Shown here one piece after another: positions 50,601-59,851 of a DNA stretch of 64,000 nucleotides; positions within the stretch are counted from its first letter, which is position 1; every line of letters starts with the position of its first letter. The notes under the pieces were generated by a model that worked only from the letters and a program-made list of their open reading frames with translations, had not been told where the DNA came from and ran no database searches. Source of the stretch: an uncultured Clostridium sp. (lineage in GTDB: Bacteria > Bacillota > Clostridia > TANB77 > CAG-508); contig CAOJXR010000004.1 of the NCBI GenBank assembly GCA_948465565.1, positions 2,557 to 66,556 on the forward strand. Reading direction: 5' to 3'. A program made the translations under genes and the position numbers.

Positions 50601-52659
50601 CTTTGTAATCTACTTCTACTTCTGAATATCCAATTTCATTTGCTGTTTTTGCATAGCTTGTAGCTGATTCGTTTGTATATTCCATTGTGATCTTTTCTGT
50701 TTTAGATGGTGTATATAAGTTTAATTTTATGTTGGCATTTATTATTATGTTTGTACCGTTTGCTATACTATTTGTATTATATGTTGTTTGTGTTCCTTCT
50801 AGGCTTACATTTAAAGCTATTCTGCCTTCATTGTTTAAATATAAGTTGTTATTTTTTATTGTAAATATTTCTTCTGCATTTGCTACTGCTAAGTTAGTTA
50901 TTTCCACATTTTCCACATACTCAGGGAAAGTTACAATAAAGTTTGGATTTTTATATAAATCAATGTCTTGGTTTGTATTGTTTAATTCTATTGTTAATTG
51001 TATATCTCTGTTTTCTGTTATTGTACTTAATGCAGTTCTTGATATTTTTAAGTTTGCATTTGTTGTAGGTTTTTCTAGTTTAATTTTTGTTTCTATATTT
51101 GATACTGTATTTTCTACATTATTGTCATATATAACGTTTCCTATATATTTTAAATTTAAATTAGAGAATGTTTTTAATGTGTTTATATCATATTCTGAAT
51201 CTGTCATTTCTTTTTCTGCTTTTATTATTAATATTCCTTCTGATACTGGTTTTGTTGTTTTAATGTTTATTTTGTTTTCAATTCCTTCTATATTTATAAT
51301 GTAATTATTGTCGTCATCAACTTTAGTATCTTTATTTATTTTTGATATTACTTCTTGTTTTATATTTAAGATTTCAATTTCTCCATCTGCTCCTAATATT
51401 TTCTCAAAATTGTCTTTTGAAATCTTTATTGTTTTATAATATGAAGTTTTTGTTTCAAATCTACTAGTTTCGTTTTCAAATTCTTCTCCAAAATCTTTTA
51501 TCATTATTCCTTCAACTAGGTTGTTTGATGATATATCACTGGCTATTTCTACTTCATAATTCATTTTGTATTCTTTTTCTTCATTCATTTTGTTTGCTAT
51601 AATATTTCCTAGTTTTACTGTTTCTGCCATCTTTGCTTCAACTGTTATAACATCTCCTAGTTTTTCAGTTATCTCATATTCAACATTTATTTCATCTTCA
51701 GATTTCTCATTTGTTCCGAACATGAAAATAGAACCATTCATTTTTGCCGTTTGTTTGAATGGTAATTCAATTTCTTTATCTCCTAAGAATATATATGTTA
51801 TAAAAAACTCTTCTGATTTTATTGCTTCGTCTTTATTTTCAATTTTGATTTCAATGCAATTTTCTTCTTCATTATATTTCCACTCATTTTCTTTTAAACC
51901 AGATTTGCTTGTAACATATACTTTATCTAATTTATATCCAGGAATTTGCATTGTTTCAATTTTGATTTCTTCTTTATTTACATATGCATTGTTTGCTGGT
52001 ATTCCTGATTTTACACTAGTTTGGATTATTGCACCTGTTTTATCTTCAGATGTATATGGAATATATTTTTTTATGCTTGAACTTAAGTTGAATTCTGCGT
52101 TTGTGTTCCATACTAGATTTAATATTATGTTCTCTGAAATGCTTTTTTCATTTCCTGATTTATTTACATATATACCAATTAGCTTTACATTTATCTTTTT
52201 GTTTAAGTTTTTTATGTCATCTCTTTCTTTATATCTAATTGGTAATATTATTTCTTTTTTATCTCCTGCTGATACATTGTTTAAGTTTATAATGTTTTCA
52301 TCAAGATTGAACTTTTCTTTGCTTTCTTCAGATATTTCAAAAGATAATCCTTCTTCTGCTTCTATCAATATTCTAGCATTTTTAAGATATCCTTCTTTTT
52401 TTACTTCAAGGTTTATCTTTATTGCTAAATTTTCTTCTTCAATTGATTCTTCTGCCTTGTATCCTAATTCTTCATTTTCTTTTACAAATTTAGCTTCGTA
52501 TTGAACATTGTTTGATACGTATTCTGATTGTTGTTTTCCAAGTTCATTACTTTCTGCAAAACTGATGCTTGAAAATAATGTTAGACAATTTGAAAAAATC
52601 AAACAAAAAACTAAACATGCTGCTACAATTTTTTTTATGTTGATTTCTTTTATAAACAT
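47692..52659 (-). CDS. giant (1655 aa) secreted surface protein with DUF11 (TIGR01451) repeats, a Cna-B-type domain and a C-terminal TM anchor
   Basis: A signal peptide is present. ITIENTGSEVINNAIV and NIKNIGSVRANNVIFTDKLP are DUF11 repeats. DGEYKFTNLENGEYIAIFYYD is Cna-B-like. The C-terminus is GVSTGDT...hydrophobic...KKKK. Confidence 0.75.
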   Translation of the reverse strand: MFIKEINIKKIVAACLVFCLIFSNCLTLFSSISFAESNELGKQQSEYVSNNVQYEAKFVKENEELGYKAEESIEEENLAIKINLEVKKEGYLKNARILIEAEEGLSFEISEESKEKFNLDENIINLNNVSAGDKKEIILPIRYKERDDIKNLNKKINVKLIGIYVNKSGNEKSISENIILNLVWNTNAEFNLSSSIKKYIPYTSEDKTGAIIQTSVKSGIPANNAYVNKEEIKIETMQIPGYKLDKVYVTSKSGLKENEWKYNEEENCIEIKIENKDEAIKSEEFFITYIFLGDKEIELPFKQTAKMNGSIFMFGTNEKSEDEINVEYEITEKLGDVITVEAKMAETVKLGNIIANKMNEEKEYKMNYEVEIASDISSNNLVEGIMIKDFGEEFENETSRFETKTSYYKTIKISKDNFEKILGADGEIEILNIKQEVISKINKDTKVDDDNNYIINIEGIENKINIKTTKPVSEGILIIKAEKEMTDSEYDINTLKTFSNLNLKYIGNVIYDNNVENTVSNIETKIKLEKPTTNANLKISRTALSTITENRDIQLTIELNNTNQDIDLYKNPNFIVTFPEYVENVEITNLAVANAEEIFTIKNNNLYLNNEGRIALNVSLEGTQTTYNTNSIANGTNIIINANIKLNLYTPSKTEKITMEYTNESATSYAKTANEIGYSEVEVDYKAPTGVVSVNKISNYNDIGTNLVSVAQGTVTDKIEIFDEAKVATMDILVMNNNENNCNNVRILGRIPFKGNKDVKTGEDLGTTVDTTLVSAINQSQENKAVATIYYSKNGEATDDLKDNKNEWTSTPENLSEIKSYLIVLEGYEMNPGDILRYGYQYRIPENLEHNNNIYGSFETKYTNINDVATTEESSTPDLVGLTTGVGPQMNITTTTNVKEKVKEYEKIKYTITIENTGSEVINNAIVNTKIPTGATLAQHATQTSLQAAKGWTLKKDRELITKIDKINPGEGMKIEFFVQANRLNQNSDEEVKLICESTVSAQDLAKEMKTEDSGIIVEKSNLIAEETISSEESIAKVNETIEANIQIRNNSNETMRNIVVTKVLPEGLNYSESYIRGYEADGITIKKIKSSSYNPDTRTITWTIDELPADRMAIVIANIVVGEMEEGIYKNTISTISTINVNKEEYQAGQVDITVGRPSLVIEQSSNKTNQYVKVGDEIEYTFNIKNIGSVRANNVIFTDKLPDEVKINKLVYTVDGIEVAKVVAKNEDATVYTSILPQNELEVKITARVGDIDTKQKTIANSADVNAKTIKAIESNKVENIIERTTEQVQENQNQNTNNNKYNQITTNDKNNNNDTKPTIQNIKTSYEIKGTVWLDANKNGSRESSERKISGIEVKLVNSKTGKQIEKVVTTTDGEYKFTNLENGEYIAIFYYDNDRYAITDYKKQGIGASTNSDVMTATEGNRNIATTDRLVINNGSISNIDMGLVEASTFDLKLTKSVTKVTVQTAQGTKSYDFNHSELAKVDINGKYMDGAKLIVEYAFTIKNEGEIEGYAKKLVDYMPKELEFSTELNKNWYIGSDGNLYNDQLANTAIAAGTSKEVKLVLTRNMTENSAGIVNNQAKISESYNKAGIENENSKDAIASADLIIGVSTGDTLIYISAIIVIVIAGLIAAVVIKKKKLILRIQLKLRKEA

Positions 52660-52837
52660 ATAAACATCCTCCTAAGATTTTTTATTTCTCTAATTTGTTT
52701 ATTCTTCTATAAACTCACAATAATATTATACAACACAAGCACCCGTAATTTCAATGGTTTTATTGCAAAAATATTACATTTTTTTGTGAATTTTGTTACA
52801 GGAGTGTTTGTGCCATAGGAATACTGGATTTGTGGCA

Positions 52838-52871
52838 TAAAAAAACGCCCTTTTTGTGTAGGACGTTTTTT
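52838..52871 (-). terminator. hairpin terminator after rsmA
   Basis: AACGCCCT...AGGACGTT imperfect stem flanked by A-runs and T-runs. Confidence 0.4.
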
Positions 52872-52872
52872 A

Positions 52873-53721
52873 TTATATATTCTTTGCTATCTCGTTGTAT
52901 TGCTCTAGTGTTAGTTTTTCTCCTCTTATTTTGGTGTCAATTCCTAGATTTTTTAAGCAGTTTTCTGCTGATTCTTTATCCATGAATATTTTTCCATTTA
53001 CAAGTGCATTCACTAGGGTTTTACGCTTTTGCAGGAATGCGACCTTGATTAATTTGAAAAATTTTTCTTCATTTTCAACTTTTATTCTTGGCTTTTTTAA
53101 TATATCAAATTTTATTACACTTGATGTTACTTCTGGTTCTGGTATGAAGCTGTTGTTTGGAACTTCTAATACTATTTTTGGGTCAGTATAGTACCATATT
53201 GTATATGTTATGCTTCCTGTTTCTTTTCCTCCTGGAGTTTCTGCTAATCGAAGTGCTACTTCCTTTTGAATCATTACTGTTATGCTATCTATTGGCAATC
53301 TATCTTCTAGAAGTTTCATTATAATTGGTGTTGTTATGTAATATGGCAGGTTTGCTGCAATTTTTACATGCTCTATTCCATCTTTTTTGTTTTTATTTAT
53401 CAATTCTTTTAAGTCTACTTTTAAAACATCTTCATTTAATATTTCAAATTTCTCATATAGATTAAATCTGTTTGTTAATATTTTTACCATTTTAGGGTCT
53501 AGTTCTATGCATATTACTTTTCCTGCTTTTTCTAGTAGTTTCTTTGTTAAAGTTCCTAGTCCTGGTCCAATTTCTATTACTAAATCTTTTTCTGTAATTT
53601 CTGCTGAACTAACTATGCAATCAACTACGTTTTCATCAATTAGGAAGTTTTGTCCTAAGCTTTTATTTGCTGTTATGTTGTTTTGCTTCATTATAAATTT
53701 TGTTTCTTCATATAAATTCAT
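52873..53721 (-). CDS. rsmA: 16S rRNA (adenine1518/1519-N6)-dimethyltransferase
   Basis: KsgA motifs SLGQNFL and EIGPGLGTLT. The ATG at 53721 has an AAAGGTGA RBS. The ORF track extends to a GTG at 53730. Confidence 0.9.
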   Translation of the reverse strand: MNLYEETKFIMKQNNITANKSLGQNFLIDENVVDCIVSSAEITEKDLVIEIGPGLGTLTKKLLEKAGKVICIELDPKMVKILTNRFNLYEKFEILNEDVLKVDLKELINKNKKDGIEHVKIAANLPYYITTPIIMKLLEDRLPIDSITVMIQKEVALRLAETPGGKETGSITYTIWYYTDPKIVLEVPNNSFIPEPEVTSSVIKFDILKKPRIKVENEEKFFKLIKVAFLQKRKTLVNALVNGKIFMDKESAENCLKNLGIDTKIRGEKLTLEQYNEIAKNI

Positions 53722-53781
53722 TTCAATCACCTTTTCTATTATATCATATTGATTTTTATTTTTCTATAATATACAATAAAA

Positions 53782-56058
53782 GTGTATTTTTATGTAAGTG
53801 TGGTGATTTTTATAAAGAAAAATTATATAAATAAAAAGCTTGGTATTGGAAGTAGTTTTAAAAGGAAACAGGCTTATAATACACGTTCTTTAGTTCTACT
53901 TTCTTGTTTTTCGCTTTGTTTTCTTGGACTGCTTACTAGAATTGGTTATATCCAATTTGTTAATGGTCCAGATTATAAAACAAGAGCGTATAAGCAGCAA
54001 ACAACAAGTCAAGTTTTATCTAGTAAAAGAGGAACTATATATGATGCTTCTGGCAAAATTTTAGCCATGAGCTCTGCTGTTGATACAATTAGTGTTAATA
54101 ATGGTTCTGTTTTTTATAGCGATGGAAAAACTAAAGTTCCTAATGATGTTCTTGCTCAAGGTTTTTCAGAAATATTTGGATTAGATTATAATGAAATTTT
54201 AGAAAAATTGAATTCTAAAAATTCTCTTGTTACTGTTGCTAAAAAGGTTGAAAAACCTTATGTTGATAGCTTGAAAGCTTGGATGGAAACAAATAAAATA
54301 ACTTCAGGAATAAATATTGATGAGGATTCAAAAAGAGCTTACCCTTATAGTACTCTTGCTTCAAATGTCCTTGGTTTTTGCGGAAATGACAACCAGGGAT
54401 TGGAAGGAATTGAGGCTGAATGGGACGAGGAATTGAGTGGTACTCCTGGTAGAATTGTTACCTCTACTAATGTTAATAAACAGGCTATTTCTGATGATAA
54501 TGAACAATATATTCCTCCTCAAAATGGTAGTGATATTTATCTAACAATTGATACTACTGTTCAATCTATTTCTGAAAAGTATTTAACTCAAGCTATTATT
54601 GAAAATAAGGCTGACAGCGGTTGCGTAATTGTTATGAAACCTTCTACTGGTGACATTTTAGCAGAGGCTATGTATCCTACTTATGATTTAAATGCTCCAT
54701 TTTCTCCTAATACTAATGAGTTAAAGGCAAAATGGGATACTTTGACAAATGAGCAAAGGTCTGAGGCTTTGGTTAAAATGTGGAGGAATGTTCCTGTTTC
54801 TAATGGTTATGAACCTGGTTCAACTTTTAAACTTATAACTTCTTCTATTGGATTAGAGGAAAATATTACTGAAACTGATACTTCTGGTGATTTTACTTGT
54901 AATAGAAGTTATTTTGTTAATGGTGTAGAAATTAAGTGTTGGGATTCTGTTGCTCATGGTTCAGTTTCATTACGTAGAGCTTTGGAAAGGTCTTGTAATC
55001 CTTCATTTATTCAACTTGGACAACGTATAGGTAAGGAGACTTTCTATAAATATTTACAAGCTTTTGGGCTTTTAGGAAAAACTGGTGTTAGACAACCTGG
55101 TGAGGCAAGTGGCAATTTCCATGCTATTGATAATTGTGGACCTATAGAGCTTGCTACTATGTCATTTGGACAGCGTTTCACTATTACACCGCTTCAGTTG
55201 ATTACTGCTGTTTCAACTTGTGTGAATGGTGGAAATCTTGTGCAACCTCGAATTGTTAGCAAAACTGTAAATACAGATACTGGTGTACAGACTGAACTTC
55301 CTGTAGTGAACGTTAGACAGGTAATTTCTAAGTCTACATCTGATAAGATAAAAGATATGATGGAGTCTGCTGTTACAGTTGGTACTGGTAAACATGCTCA
55401 AGTTGCTGGATATTCAATTGGTGGAAAGAGTGGTACTTCTGAGCCTCAACCTGGTAGAGAGGAAACAGATGGATATGTTGCTTCTTTTATTGCTATTTCG
55501 CCTACTCAAAATCCAGAAGTTATTGTTCTAGTTATTCTTTATCATCCTAGAGGTTCTAGTCATCAAGGTGGTGCAATTTGTGCTCCTGTTGCTGGTCAAA
55601 TTTTATCAGAGGTTTTACCTCATTTAGGTATTTCTGCAACGTCTTCTACTTCTGAAAAAGAGGATCAATTAAGAATGCTTAATGATGTTACTGGACAAAC
55701 ATTAACTGCTGCTAGACAAACTCTTGAGTCTGCTGGATTTAAAGTTGTTTCAAGGACTACTAATAATGATGCAATTTACGTTACTTCACAGAGTCCTAAA
55801 TCTGGCGTTTCTCTTCTTCCTGGTTCAGTTATTTGTTTATATACTGATGGTGCTGAGAAATTACAAAGTCAGGTTCCTGATTTGAAGGGGATGACTGCTG
55901 ATCAGGCTAAGAATTCGCTTTCTGCTGTGAACCTTAATATTGCTGTTACTGGTTCTGGTAAGGTTGTTTCTCAGGATGTTTTGGCTGGCTCTCCCGTGGC
56001 TGAGGGTAGCGTTATTACTGTTACTTTGCAGGAGGAAGTTGTTGGCGGGGCACAGTAG
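53782..56058 (+). CDS. class B penicillin-binding protein (SpoVD/PBP2B-like) with two C-terminal PASTA domains
   Basis: 758 aa and paralogous to the PBP at 5918. The start is uncertain among in-frame GTG codons at 53782, 53800 and 53803, none with a clear RBS. Confidence 0.85.
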   Translation: MYFYVSVVIFIKKNYINKKLGIGSSFKRKQAYNTRSLVLLSCFSLCFLGLLTRIGYIQFVNGPDYKTRAYKQQTTSQVLSSKRGTIYDASGKILAMSSAVDTISVNNGSVFYSDGKTKVPNDVLAQGFSEIFGLDYNEILEKLNSKNSLVTVAKKVEKPYVDSLKAWMETNKITSGINIDEDSKRAYPYSTLASNVLGFCGNDNQGLEGIEAEWDEELSGTPGRIVTSTNVNKQAISDDNEQYIPPQNGSDIYLTIDTTVQSISEKYLTQAIIENKADSGCVIVMKPSTGDILAEAMYPTYDLNAPFSPNTNELKAKWDTLTNEQRSEALVKMWRNVPVSNGYEPGSTFKLITSSIGLEENITETDTSGDFTCNRSYFVNGVEIKCWDSVAHGSVSLRRALERSCNPSFIQLGQRIGKETFYKYLQAFGLLGKTGVRQPGEASGNFHAIDNCGPIELATMSFGQRFTITPLQLITAVSTCVNGGNLVQPRIVSKTVNTDTGVQTELPVVNVRQVISKSTSDKIKDMMESAVTVGTGKHAQVAGYSIGGKSGTSEPQPGREETDGYVASFIAISPTQNPEVIVLVILYHPRGSSHQGGAICAPVAGQILSEVLPHLGISATSSTSEKEDQLRMLNDVTGQTLTAARQTLESAGFKVVSRTTNNDAIYVTSQSPKSGVSLLPGSVICLYTDGAEKLQSQVPDLKGMTADQAKNSLSAVNLNIAVTGSGKVVSQDVLAGSPVAEGSVITVTLQEEVVGGAQ

Positions 56059-56167
56059 ATGGGTGGATTGTATTAGATAAAACAATATATTTTAGATGAA
56101 TATATTGAACTATATTTTAGTATTATGATATGAATAATTTACTTTATATAGTTGATTGATTACTTTT

Positions 56168-56211
56168 AAAAATAAGACACTTCAGTTTTAGTTAGAAGTG
56201 TCTTATTTTTA
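56168..56211. terminator. bidirectional terminator
   Basis: AAGACACTTC-11 nt loop-GAAGTGTCTT with flanking A-runs and T-runs. Confidence 0.6.
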
Positions 56212-57712
56212 TATTAAGTTTTCCATTAGTTTCTCTTGTCTGTTTTCAACTTGCTTAATCTTTTTTGTTAATAATTCATATGGCGTTTTGGTACCTATTT
56301 TATCTAAATCGTTTTTAGTTATAACAATAATATATTTTCCATACATTAATTGCTCGTCAATTTCTTTTCTGGCGTTTTTAGTTATTCCTTTTTTTAAGAA
56401 TAGGATTGCACTATTACTTGATTTTTCACTCATTGTTTGAATAATCTTTTTGGCTTTTTCACAACTAAAATTATTTTTCTCGTTTTTACATTCAACTAAA
56501 GTTACTGGTCCTAGTTTCCATAGCATTTCATCTAATGAATTGTTTCCAAAACACAAATCAAGTTCTTCTTTATCTGTCCTTATTCTATTTCCTGCTACAT
56601 GTATTCCATGGTATTGTTTCCAGAAAATATTTTGCTAATTTTTCCATTGCAATTCCTTTATCATAATTCGTGTTTTGTTCTAATTGTTGAATTAGCTTGT
56701 TCATTTTAGATTTGCTATATTTTTTGGCTTTATATTGTTCATCTTCTTTGAAGAATTTTTTTATTATTTCTTTTATAGCAGGCATATATGCATACCTTTT
56801 TCCTATGTTTAGTAGATAATTTTTCGCAATAATTGATTGGTCTTTTGCTTTGATATAATTTTTCATTGCATTTATATGAATTTTTAATACTGATAGTCCT
56901 TTTTGTTTAGATATAATTATCGGACATTCTAGGCACTCGCAAACTTGTTCTTTTATAAATTTTAAAAATTCGCAATAAACTTTTTCTAGCATGTCATCGT
57001 TTATTTTTGGCAACATTGCTAATTGATAAATTAATACTCTTTGCCATTCATAGAATAAGTCAATTGGTTCTGGGAATATTCCATATGAATAACATGGATT
57101 TTTAAATATATTATTCACTTCTCCTTGTGTCCATCTAACTAAATCTTCACTTGTAATTGCTTTATTAAAATAACTTTCTCCATCAGCTAATGATAGTTTT
57201 ACTCCACCTTCTAGTAGTAAATTCCAGTCTCCATGTGTGTAACTTGGATATACTCCAATAATTGTTCTCCCACATAAGTCTTTTAATCTGTATGGTTTTG
57301 TGAGTATTTGTTTTCCATAGACTTTTGGACTTTCTTTTTCTAACCATAAATCTATTATATTATCTATGATTTCTTCATTTTTAAATTGACAATAGTAATT
57401 TAAATAGCATCCGTCTTCTATCTCATATTCTTCACTTTTGTATTTTTTGAATTTGTCATAAATATTTCTTATATCTTCTGACATATATTTTACAATGTTA
57501 TTTCTACTCTGCTCTGTTGTAATTGTTAGAAGAATTGTGTATTCTTGTACTCCGTCTAATTTTAATTTTTGATTTTCTAATTTTTTTACTTTTTCGTCAA
57601 ATCTTTTTAGTGGCTCTATTGTGTTGTTTACTTGTTGGAGTTCTATGTGTCTGTTTTTTATAGCATATGCTTTTATGTATGTTACTATGATTGACATTGG
57701 ATTTGTTGGCAT
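56209..57712 (-). pseudogene. Mrr-like (PD-(D/E)xK, type IV restriction endonuclease-like) gene split by a frameshift near 56586-56637
   Basis: A 375-aa ORF ends ...GIAMEKLAKYFLETIPWNTCSRK. The overlapping frame continues ...DKEELDLCFGNNSLDEMLWKLGPVTLVECKNEK, which contains the D...(V/I)xCK nuclease core. Together they form one Mrr_cat-type domain. Confidence 0.6.
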
Positions 57713-57769
57713 GGAAGTCTCCTTTGTTTTTATTTAGAGCAATTGTGAAAATATTGCATTTTTTAATGT

Positions 57770-58054
57770 TTAGCTTATTGATTCTATGTTTTCATTTTCT
57801 TGTTTTATTGATTTTATTTCTTTATATGCTTTGTCTATAATTTCTTTCATTTCTTTTTGTTGTGATAATAATAGTGAGTGCATGTTAATAAGATATGTTC
57901 CTAATCTATCATAATTATTTGCTTTTGTATATATGTCATTTTCTGTTATTGCATAATAGTCCTCATATATATACCATAACATTGTTGTGATCTCCTCTAT
58001 ATTAGCTTCCACATATTCATATTCACTAAGAATATCTCTATCTAATTTTTCCAT
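57770..58054 (-). CDS. hypothetical protein (94 aa)
   Basis: ORF with coding-like composition inside the putative defense island. Confidence 0.4.
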   Translation of the reverse strand: MEKLDRDILSEYEYVEANIEEITTMLWYIYEDYYAITENDIYTKANNYDRLGTYLINMHSLLLSQQKEMKEIIDKAYKEIKSIKQENENIESIS

Positions 58055-58495
58055 TTTTATTACCTCCTATATTTGTTATATTTATACAATATTTTCAGTT
58101 GCTCTATGGTTAGATTATAAGGTGTTTTGTGATTGGTTGTATATGTTTTTGATTAGATTTCTGATGATATTGTTACAGTATTATTGCGAATTTATTATTG
58201 CTTTTGTCCTAAAAATTTTAGATATTGACATATGATGAACATTAACTTTTTACCTTCGGGTTATGAGCGACATTTGACGGCTTTTTGTAGTTTAAAGAAA
58301 ATTAGAGTTTTTGTTGTTATTTCAGTATTTACAAGAGTTTTGGTTTATGGAACATTTGTACATTTTTAGGACATTTTTGGAGAGGATTTTACCCAATTTT
58401 TACCCAATGGGTATGATACATTTGTTCTTAGATTTATGGCTCTTGTAAGTGCATTTTTGAAAATGAAAAATTTTAATTTTTGGAGGTAGATTTTT

Positions 58496-58801
58496 ATGAG
58501 TAATTTAAGAGAGGTTAATGATGATATTTTGAAAGATTGGTTAGATTTTAGAGAAGATACTATTGCTAGTCTTACTTGTGCAGAAGATAAAAAGCATTTT
58601 ATTTGTTTTGAGGAGATTAGTGAAAAGATTCTAAGGAATGTTCCTGAGCAGAATAAGAAGTATGTTGAGAGGCAATTAAAACAGCTCGATGATAATTTCT
58701 TTGATTATATCTGCTATTGGAATGAGAAGTATTATAGGAATGGATTTTGTGATGGGATGAAGTTGATTATGGGATGTTCTGACAATATTGTTTCATTTTA
58801 A
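58496..58801 (+). CDS. hypothetical protein (101 aa)
   Basis: GGAGGTAG-N8-ATG start. A near-palindromic hairpin terminator follows. Confidence 0.5.
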   Translation: MSNLREVNDDILKDWLDFREDTIASLTCAEDKKHFICFEEISEKILRNVPEQNKKYVERQLKQLDDNFFDYICYWNEKYYRNGFCDGMKLIMGCSDNIVSF

Positions 58802-58912
58802 AGTGCAAATTTTGCACTTTAAAATATAAAATTGCACTTTGTTAATAATCTATAATAAAAAAGTGTGAAATCTGACTTTTGAATTTAAATGTCATTTTTC
58901 GCACTTTTCTAT

Positions 58913-59839
58913 TTATCTTTTTAATTTAGCAATTTCATATAATGGTATTCTATCAATTTTATCAGGCTCAATGTTATAAATAATTTTTGCTCTAAACTCT
59001 TCTAATTTAAATTCCATCACATCACTAAATTCTCTATAAACAATTTTTGAATCTTCACTTTCTTCAACCCTAAAAATATTCTTTTGTAATTCAAGTATTT
59101 CAGATAACACTACTGCTTTATTTCCTTCTCCCTCTTTATAATATCTAAAATGTCTTGCAGATTCTTGTATTTTCACACGTAAATCATATATTTTCTGAAA
59201 CAACTCATGTGCTTTTATATAATTAGCTTCTCCAGTAAAAAATTCTATGTCTCCCAATATAAAATTCAAGTTATCTGTACTTTGATTTAAATAATTTAAA
59301 TATTGATCGACTATTTTATTCATATTATCAATAGTTTTATTATATAATTTTTCAATTTGCTCTTCTAAATATTTTTCACTTGCGCCTTCAGATAACTTTT
59401 CAAATAACTCTTTATTTTCTTTTTTAATTTCTTCTTTTATTAAATTTGTATGTTCAAATTCTTTTACAGGTATTTTTTGTTTAATCTGTTTATAATACTC
59501 TGCTATCCATAATTTATTTTTTTGCTCATTTATAAACTTTATAAAAGTATTTTCTTCAAAATCAATATCCATATAATCTATTTTATTTAGTTCTATTACC
59601 ATTCTTCTGCATTCATTCCAATACTGTTCTAAGATCCTCTTTTTCTCAACTTTATATGCAGATATATAGAAAAATACAGTAACAATTGAACTACAAAATG
59701 CTCCTAATACAATGTCCTTCATAAACCCTGTAAAATTATTTGCAAATTTTATATCTAATAATTCAAACAAAAGTGTCATAATAAATAGTATGCTTGAAAT
59801 TATAATAGATAATTTTGATGCCTTACAATTAACTTTCAT
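58913..59839 (-). CDS. membrane protein with two N-terminal TM helices and a ~220-aa cytoplasmic helical (coiled-coil-like) domain; immediately downstream partner of the HTH-Fic gene
   Basis: 308 aa, 13 nt downstream of the Fic gene on the same strand. Confidence 0.6.
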   Translation of the reverse strand: MKVNCKASKLSIIISSILFIMTLLFELLDIKFANNFTGFMKDIVLGAFCSSIVTVFFYISAYKVEKKRILEQYWNECRRMVIELNKIDYMDIDFEENTFIKFINEQKNKLWIAEYYKQIKQKIPVKEFEHTNLIKEEIKKENKELFEKLSEGASEKYLEEQIEKLYNKTIDNMNKIVDQYLNYLNQSTDNLNFILGDIEFFTGEANYIKAHELFQKIYDLRVKIQESARHFRYYKEGEGNKAVVLSEILELQKNIFRVEESEDSKIVYREFSDVMEFKLEEFRAKIIYNIEPDKIDRIPLYEIAKLKR

Positions 59840-59851
59840 AATTTACTCCTT

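Noticed and set aside
42595-52659. Possible LPXTG sortase signals at the C-termini of the two giant surface proteins
   Set aside because: No LPXTG/SPKTG-type motif was found. Only SEPTG and VSTGD lie upstream of the hydrophobic tail, so a sortase substrate is not claimed.
58232-58372. 47-aa ORF MMNINFLPSGYERHLTAFC... in the 440-nt spacer
   Set aside because: It has no RBS and is hydrophobic with low complexity. It is probably non-coding, although the spacer itself is flagged.
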